A stretch of 61,154 bases of DNA, counting the filler, from Barthelona sp. PAP020 (lineage: Eukaryota): the NCBI GenBank assembly GCA_040182905.1. It is 2 parts of 2 records of this genome, joined end to end, with 100 filler letters (N's around TTAATTAATTAA, not from the genome) between each part and the next. Parts side by side here need not be neighbours in the genome. Positions count along the whole stretch, not along the records: positions 30,867 to 61,154 come from JARQWU010000112.1; 1 more part is not named here. One strand, given 5' to 3'. The notes under the pieces were generated by a model. That model was not told where the DNA came from and did not search any database. It was given only the letters and a program-made list of their open reading frames with translations. Shown here one piece after another: positions 55,332 through 61,154 of the stretch; within the stretch, counting starts at the first letter, position 1; each line of letters opens with the position of its first letter. Made by a program: the position numbers and the translations under genes.

Positions 55332-56288
55332 ATGTCTGGATCATTCGAAACTAGTTTAATTTATGAAAATTATGATAGAATTTGGTGTTTGACTTGTTCA
55401 AATGATAATTCACAACTTATTTTAACTTCAGAAAACAAAAATGTTTTGGTATTCAATTTAAATGACTTTAACTCTGATAATTTTACACTCAATAATCCAA
55501 ATATTATTGAACACCACACAAAAACTGTTCGTAGAGCTACATTTGCAAGAGATGGGTCACATTTTGCATTGTCATCATTTGATAAATCAGTATCTATTTG
55601 GAAAAAGGATCTCTCCTTTTGTACTGATGTTTATCTTAAAAATGAATCAAAAGATGTGTGTTTTTCCCCTAAATTTGAAACAATTTTTTCTGTTGGCAGA
55701 GACAAGCTTGTTTGGATTTGGGATATAACTACACTTGATGAACCTGAACTTATTGGTTCTCTTGTTGGTCATCAACAAGATATTAAATCTTTGGACATTC
55801 ACAATTCTGGGAAACTGATCGCTACTGCTAGTTATGACCAAACAATTCGATTATGGGTTGAAGAGTATGATATATGGGTCGCTGATGGTTTTGTTCCTTC
55901 TTTAGATTCCACTGTTTGGAGAGTCAAATTCTTTGAAAGTGATGGAAAAGATTTTTTGGTTGCATCAATGGCTGATGGATGCATAAAGATATTTGACATT
56001 GCATTTGATATTGAAGAGGCAGATAGCACTGATATTACAGAAATTTTTTCACTTAAAGCACACAATGGACCAATTTATGACATTGCGTGCGTCAATGGCA
56101 TGTTTGTTTCTGTTGGTGGGGATGGATATTTGAGGAAATTTGAGTTTAATGCGGAATCAAAAAGTATTTCTTTAATTGCTGAAGCAAATGTGTCACGTTG
56201 TGAATTAAACACACTGTGCGTTTTGAACGAGAATGTTTTCTTGGTTGGTGATGACAAAGGTGATGTGTATAAGGTTCATTTCAGCTAG
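55332..56288 (+). CDS. CIA1: WD40 protein, cytosolic Fe-S assembly factor CIA1/CIAO1-like
   Basis: HTKTVR...SFDKSVSIW, ESKDVCFS, GRDKLVWIW, GHQQDIK, ASYDQTIRLW, STVW match the CIA1 repeat signatures. Confidence 0.8.
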   Translation: MSGSFETSLIYENYDRIWCLTCSNDNSQLILTSENKNVLVFNLNDFNSDNFTLNNPNIIEHHTKTVRRATFARDGSHFALSSFDKSVSIWKKDLSFCTDVYLKNESKDVCFSPKFETIFSVGRDKLVWIWDITTLDEPELIGSLVGHQQDIKSLDIHNSGKLIATASYDQTIRLWVEEYDIWVADGFVPSLDSTVWRVKFFESDGKDFLVASMADGCIKIFDIAFDIEEADSTDITEIFSLKAHNGPIYDIACVNGMFVSVGGDGYLRKFEFNAESKSISLIAEANVSRCELNTLCVLNENVFLVGDDKGDVYKVHFS

Positions 56289-56401
56289 CTTTTTAGTCTA
56301 CAAATATTGAATTCAAAAAATCGAATCAAACAATAAATAGTTATGTTATTAAGTTTCTTTATATTTACTAGACTTTTGTTGCACACTAACACTTAAAATT
56401 T

Positions 56402-57061
56402 TTACAGATATTGAGGTATGATGCTGTCTGGAACAAATGTGTCAGCAAAACCAAAGCATATGTCATGCATCTGACCTAAATCATTGTTTAGTTGAGAATT
56501 ATCTTCCCAAAGGGGTAGAATATCAATAGGACCATCTTTAGAATTCATATTTATGTCGTAAACATTGTTTCCAATCTCAACAACAGACATATCTGTCCCA
56601 GGCAAACATTCAATTGTGCAGCATGTAAATTCATTATTTGGGTCTATCATTAATTTTAACAGTGATCGGTCAATGCTTGAAAATTCCCTATTCTTTTTTA
56701 ATTTATCAACAAATTGTTGTTTAAGATCGATTAAATCATTTTCTAAACATTCTTTCTGACTTTTTATGTTATTTAAATCATTTTGAATATCACTCAATTT
56801 ATTTGAGTCATTCGAATCTGTATCGATGGAATTGTTGGTGGGTCCAATCCATTTCCAACTATTTTTACCATGTCTTTGAACTAGATTCGCACCTTCCATT
56901 GGCAAAGTCAAATCATAGACACGTCTTGGTTTAATGCCTAAAGCTTCAATTATTTGTTCCTTTTGAATTATACCATCAGGAGATTCATGAAACATATTTA
57001 CAATCTTGACAGATCGTAGATATGTTTGGGACATTTTTTGTTTTTTTGGAGTCTTTTTCAT
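56402..57061 (-). CDS. E2F: E2F-family transcription factor (divergent)
   Basis: LGIKPRRVYDLTLPMEGANLVQRHGKNSWKWIG winged helix, a coiled coil, and a marked-box-like SKDGPIDI. Confidence 0.82.
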   Translation of the reverse strand: MKKTPKKQKMSQTYLRSVKIVNMFHESPDGIIQKEQIIEALGIKPRRVYDLTLPMEGANLVQRHGKNSWKWIGPTNNSIDTDSNDSNKLSDIQNDLNNIKSQKECLENDLIDLKQQFVDKLKKNREFSSIDRSLLKLMIDPNNEFTCCTIECLPGTDMSVVEIGNNVYDINMNSKDGPIDILPLWEDNSQLNNDLGQMHDICFGFADTFVPDSIIPQYL

Positions 57062-57654
57062 TTTTTAAGATCGCAACATAATATTAAAATTATTAAACAA
57101 ATAATTTGTGTATTCGTATGATGAAAAGTTGAGAAAAAAAAAAGTTACTAAAAAGAAACGAAATTATTTTTTTGGGTATATTTTTATTTTTAAGGTTAAT
57201 TATTTGTGTTCAATGAAAATTTATATCAAATTATACAGAATTAATGAGAAAATATGAATATTTTTTTTAAAAAAATTTTAATAAACAATTAATAATTTTT
57301 AGTTTTTGTGATGAATGAAATAATTATATATGAAAAAATTGGTCCCAAAAAAAAAAAAATTAAGAAAACAGATTGACAAAAATTCTCACAATAATTTTTT
57401 TCTTTGGAGAGGAACTTACCATTCAATAAAAAAATTTTGTTTCAAATTATTATCAAAGCCTATGTTTTTAGATAAGAAAAGAAAATAATTTCAAGTTTTA
57501 TTATTTAGGAAATCAAAAAAAGAGTCCAATTGAATTGATGGATATGTGTTAAAACTAATTGCTCCAAACATTAGTATAACACTATTACATAACAATTTAT
57601 ACATTTAATTACAGAATAAAGAAATTGATTGAATAGCAACATGACAAAAAAAAT

Positions 57655-59994
57655 TCAACTAAATAAATCATCAATAAATTCATCATTACTGTCATATTCA
57701 ATGAAATCCTTGGTAGTTGAACTAGTATCTGATAAAACCAAAGGAACTTCAAGATCAACTGAAGAATGAACGATTTTTTTTTTAATGAAATCTGTGTTGG
57801 CTTTTGGTTGAGGTTTGATTGTTTGAGGTAATTTTTTATGAATTAAAGGAAGTGTTTGATTTGACTTCAGAAGATCTAATGGGTTGACTTTTTTTGGAAC
57901 AAAATTTTTTTCATCAGAAGGATGTTCAATAGAGGAGTGATTATTTTTATGATTGGAAACCACTTCTTTGCAAATCTCAATGTATTGTTTGGCGAATTTT
58001 TCATCTAATTGATCAAAGAACAATTGAATTTCTTCATTTCTTCTTTTAAAGAGATCAATTAATAAGGGGTTAGACAACTTACTTTCTTCAATACTCTTCT
58101 TTCTCATATTGTTATCTTGCACCAGGCTTTTATATTCCATGATGAGATCTAGATCTTTTGAACTGTGTTTGTTGAACATAAGCAGATCCATTTCACTGGC
58201 TGAATAATTCTTCAATGGAAATAATGCTTCTTCATCAATTAAGGGTTTTGAAATTGGTCCAGGGAAATTTTCTCTATCCTTGATATCTATTTCAGCATCA
58301 GTTTCAGTTTCACTAGCAACAACAGACAACAAATCTATGTTCGCATTCAATCTTTTAGATCTAACATTTGAAAAGATGTTATCATTCACAAACACTTCTT
58401 TTGTTTCAACAATAGTCTTAAATTCAGCATTGTTTTTACGATTAGGTGAAGTGACTTCCCATAATTCATCAAAGAGGTCATCGGATTCACTATTCACATT
58501 TCCAATAAACGTTGTAGCAGGAATTGTACCAGATTCTTTCATGTTTTCTAAAACTTCAATTAGATCATCAAAAGCTTGATCACGTAAATTTTTCTCACTT
58601 GAAGTCTGTTCAAACATTGATTCATTAGCAACAGTTGGTGAATGTGCTTCAGTGTTCCCCTTTTCATTTGATACCAAAACCTCTTTTTGAACATTCTTTT
58701 CGCTCAGTAATTCAGTTGAACAAACAGCAGAATTTATAGGCTTACCATTTCTATCCCAAGAAACTACCAATTTTGGGTTGGATTCTTCAAAAGCCTTGGC
58801 AATTAATGGAGTCAATTTATTGATTATATCGTCAACAGGTGTTCCTTCAGGTATTTCTTTCATACTTTTCAATAAATGCTCAATAACCACCCTCATCGAC
58901 ATTCCAGAAGAATATTCAAAAAATACTTTCTTTTTAATGGAGAAAATGCTTAAAATCAGTTCAATATTCAACCTAGTATTATCAACGTATTCTAGGGTAA
59001 CCTTTCTTAGCAATAAAGGAATTTCTATTGTCGAAGGACTTTCAATACCTTGTTTGACAGTAACTTCGAAACTTCCAACATTCAATTGTTTTGTCTGGGC
59101 TTTTGACATATCAGAATCTGTATTATAAGCAATTGATGTAATTTGAAGGGGTAAAGGCTTCAAAACGGAGTTAATAATTTCTGTACCAAAAAAAGGTAGT
59201 TTTAACAGGTGAGCAGCAGACGGTCGCAAGTTTGCTGGTAGTAAACATTGTTCAATCACAGCTTTCATAGATAGATCCTCAATTTCATCCAAAATCCTTG
59301 GTTTAATCCCACTTACTACGGTGCTTATAATTTCACCAACATTAGAACATTCATCATATGGAAACTTACCTGTAGACATCTCCAATAAACACATCCCAAA
59401 TTCATAAATATCAACTTTCTCGTCATACAATTCATTCTTAAACATTTCAGGCGGCATAAATTCAGGTGTTCCAACAGTAGATATGGCTCGATTGATAACT
59501 GCAGAAGCTAATCCAAGGTCACCAATCTTACAAATTCCTAATTGACCATTGACAAAAATATTTGCACATTTAAGGTCTCTATGAATGACTTTTGGGGTTC
59601 TGGTATGCAAATAATCCAAGCCAACAAGAATTTGTTTTCCAAATTTTACAATAATTTGTTTACTAACTTGAATTTTTGGTAAATATTCAGCTAAAGAACC
59701 AGATGACATTAATTCAGTGATAAAATAAACATGAGAATCAGTTTTCCAGAAATCAAACATTGTTAATACATTTGGATGGGATAATTCAGACAATAATTGA
59801 AATTCTCGTCTTACAGCTTTCTTTTCATGCTCACTTAGCCTAGTGGTATTAATTTCAGACCATGCAACCTCAACACCTTCAGATAAACGATAAGCTTTGT
59901 ACACTTTTTTAAATGTTCCTTCACCCATTATTTCTCCATAATGAACATATTTTCGATCAGGAGAATATATTTCTATCCTTTGGTTGTCGGTCAT
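57655..59994 (-). CDS. WNK: WNK-family Ser/Thr kinase (copy 2)
   Basis: Kinase domain highly similar to 43641-46256; same C-terminal motif DEFIDxLFS. Confidence 0.92.
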   Translation of the reverse strand: MTDNQRIEIYSPDRKYVHYGEIMGEGTFKKVYKAYRLSEGVEVAWSEINTTRLSEHEKKAVRREFQLLSELSHPNVLTMFDFWKTDSHVYFITELMSSGSLAEYLPKIQVSKQIIVKFGKQILVGLDYLHTRTPKVIHRDLKCANIFVNGQLGICKIGDLGLASAVINRAISTVGTPEFMPPEMFKNELYDEKVDIYEFGMCLLEMSTGKFPYDECSNVGEIISTVVSGIKPRILDEIEDLSMKAVIEQCLLPANLRPSAAHLLKLPFFGTEIINSVLKPLPLQITSIAYNTDSDMSKAQTKQLNVGSFEVTVKQGIESPSTIEIPLLLRKVTLEYVDNTRLNIELILSIFSIKKKVFFEYSSGMSMRVVIEHLLKSMKEIPEGTPVDDIINKLTPLIAKAFEESNPKLVVSWDRNGKPINSAVCSTELLSEKNVQKEVLVSNEKGNTEAHSPTVANESMFEQTSSEKNLRDQAFDDLIEVLENMKESGTIPATTFIGNVNSESDDLFDELWEVTSPNRKNNAEFKTIVETKEVFVNDNIFSNVRSKRLNANIDLLSVVASETETDAEIDIKDRENFPGPISKPLIDEEALFPLKNYSASEMDLLMFNKHSSKDLDLIMEYKSLVQDNNMRKKSIEESKLSNPLLIDLFKRRNEEIQLFFDQLDEKFAKQYIEICKEVVSNHKNNHSSIEHPSDEKNFVPKKVNPLDLLKSNQTLPLIHKKLPQTIKPQPKANTDFIKKKIVHSSVDLEVPLVLSDTSSTTKDFIEYDSNDEFIDDLFS

Positions 59995-60219
59995 GGGAAT
60001 GTTTGATTCAACAAAATGTTTGAGTGTGTTGATTTTTTTTTGATTTTTTTTTTCTAGTTTTCTTTTTTTTTATTGTTTGCTGGGTGTTGGATAACCCTTT
60101 GCAATGTAAAAACCTCGAGTAAAAAAATTGCTGTTAATGATTTCTTTCGATGATTTCTTTCTTTTGTGGTGATGGAATTGCACAATAAATTACTGTTTAA
60201 AAGCTTTATCAATTAAGCA

Positions 60220-60700
60220 ATAAATTAATTTATAATTGGATGAATTATATTCCAGTTGAAGAGAAAGTAATGACTCAAAAATAACTTTCAAAAAGTATGA
60301 TTTTGATTTTTTCATTTACAATAGCTTTTCAAATAAAAATAACAATAACTTAAGGTGAATAAGTATCTTCTGCATTAATAGATTGAACATTTTTCAATAA
60401 AAAACCAATTTTCAAAGAATTAATGCAATCAAAAGCAGTTGAAACCATCCAAATGATGTGTTGTTGACAATATAATTGCCCAAATTCTCTTGATTTTGAA
60501 AATGAATGAATTGTTGGATTTTATTTTTTCGTTTAAGGGTTTTTTTTTGTATATGTTCCGAAAATGAGCAGATATTTGACCTAACGACTTTAATAGATGT
60601 AAAACATTTTTTTTGTTTGAAATAATCGCATTTTTGATTGTCTTTCATTAATCTTTAGCGATTTTATTATTTTGTAAGTGTAAAACTACAGTTTAAAGTA
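60220..60700 (-). pseudogene. ALG14: Decayed ALG14 copy (boundaries approximate)
   Basis: Minus-strand fragments NPTIHSFSKSREFGQLY (cf. NPIIHSIPRSREVGQSY), YFKQK and KIKIILFESYF*VITFSSTGI (cf. KVKIVFVESFCRVKTLSLTGI), with stops and frameshifts; syntenic between WNK and PDS5. Confidence 0.8.
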
Positions 60701-60929
60701 AAATATAAAGAATTTCATTTTTTGTGGTTTTGATGTCAAATTTTTTCTTGATCTAAGTCATTTTCATGGTCTTTTTTTCCCTCCTTTAGATATTATGTTC
60801 TCAAAAAAATAATAACAAGAAAATTAAGTCAATAAATATTCATTTATTCAACAATTCAACTACATATATGAAAATTGTCTCAAATAAGATCATTAAAACA
60901 ATTTTACACTCTTATTTGAAGGCAAGCTT

Positions 60930-61154
60930 CTATAATATTTTGTTTTTTCTCAAAGGAGTCTTAAGTTCATAAGATTCTTCTTCTTCTTCTTCTTCTTGTT
61001 CTTGTTCTTGTTCTTCAGAATCATCATTACTGTTATTGTATTTTTTCCTTTTTGATTTTACAACTTTGTCTTGTTTATATTCATTGTCATCAAAGACAGG
61101 TTGCTCAATTTCATACGTTTCATGATGAAGCATCACAGGCTCTTTCTTTAGAGG
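60930..61154 (-). CDS. PDS5: 3' end of a second PDS5-like copy (continues beyond window)
   Basis: Nearly identical to 47225-47433 at DNA level; differences are mainly in the Glu-rich repeat. Confidence 0.75.
   Translation of the reverse strand, partial: PLKKEPVMLHHETYEIEQPVFDDNEYKQDKVVKSKRKKYNNSNDDSEEQEQEQEEEEEEESYELKTPLRKNKIL

Noticed and set aside
60412..60648. 78-aa ORF as an independent gene
   Set aside because: It is a frameshifted read-through of the decayed ALG14 copy.

Overview
AT-rich, gene-dense, intron-poor eukaryotic (protist) DNA using the standard genetic code. The organism is probably a flagellated anaerobe or microaerophile, inferred from a RIB72/EFHC1 axonemal gene and an AdhE-derived Fe-ADH. 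The window joins two contigs through an artificial 100-nt spacer (44 N + TTAATTAATTAA + 44 N, 30767-30866), so adjacency across it is unproven. The left contig holds housekeeping genes (Noc3/4-like end, SPFH, RPC3, RUN/Rubicon-like, RPL26, DAD1, glucosidase I) and a Cys-rich surface protein. It ends in an accessory-looking stretch: a head-to-head pair of a chitin synthase and an unusual multi-TM protein fused to an Hsp70/actin-fold (ASKHA) domain, then tRNA-Leu(AAG), a giant-virus-like GIY-YIG/CCHC gene and an ankyrin gene. The right contig holds RIB72, a DEK1-like membrane calpain with a degenerate catalytic domain, an ankyrin pseudogene, CCT6, an Fe-ADH, CIA1, a divergent E2F, and a segmental duplication (WNK-ALG14-PDS5, repeated about 14 kb later with ALG14 decayed). 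The best candidate for an undescribed system is the chitin synthase / TM-ASKHA module at 19699-26701. All calls come from motif recognition by eye; no searches were run.
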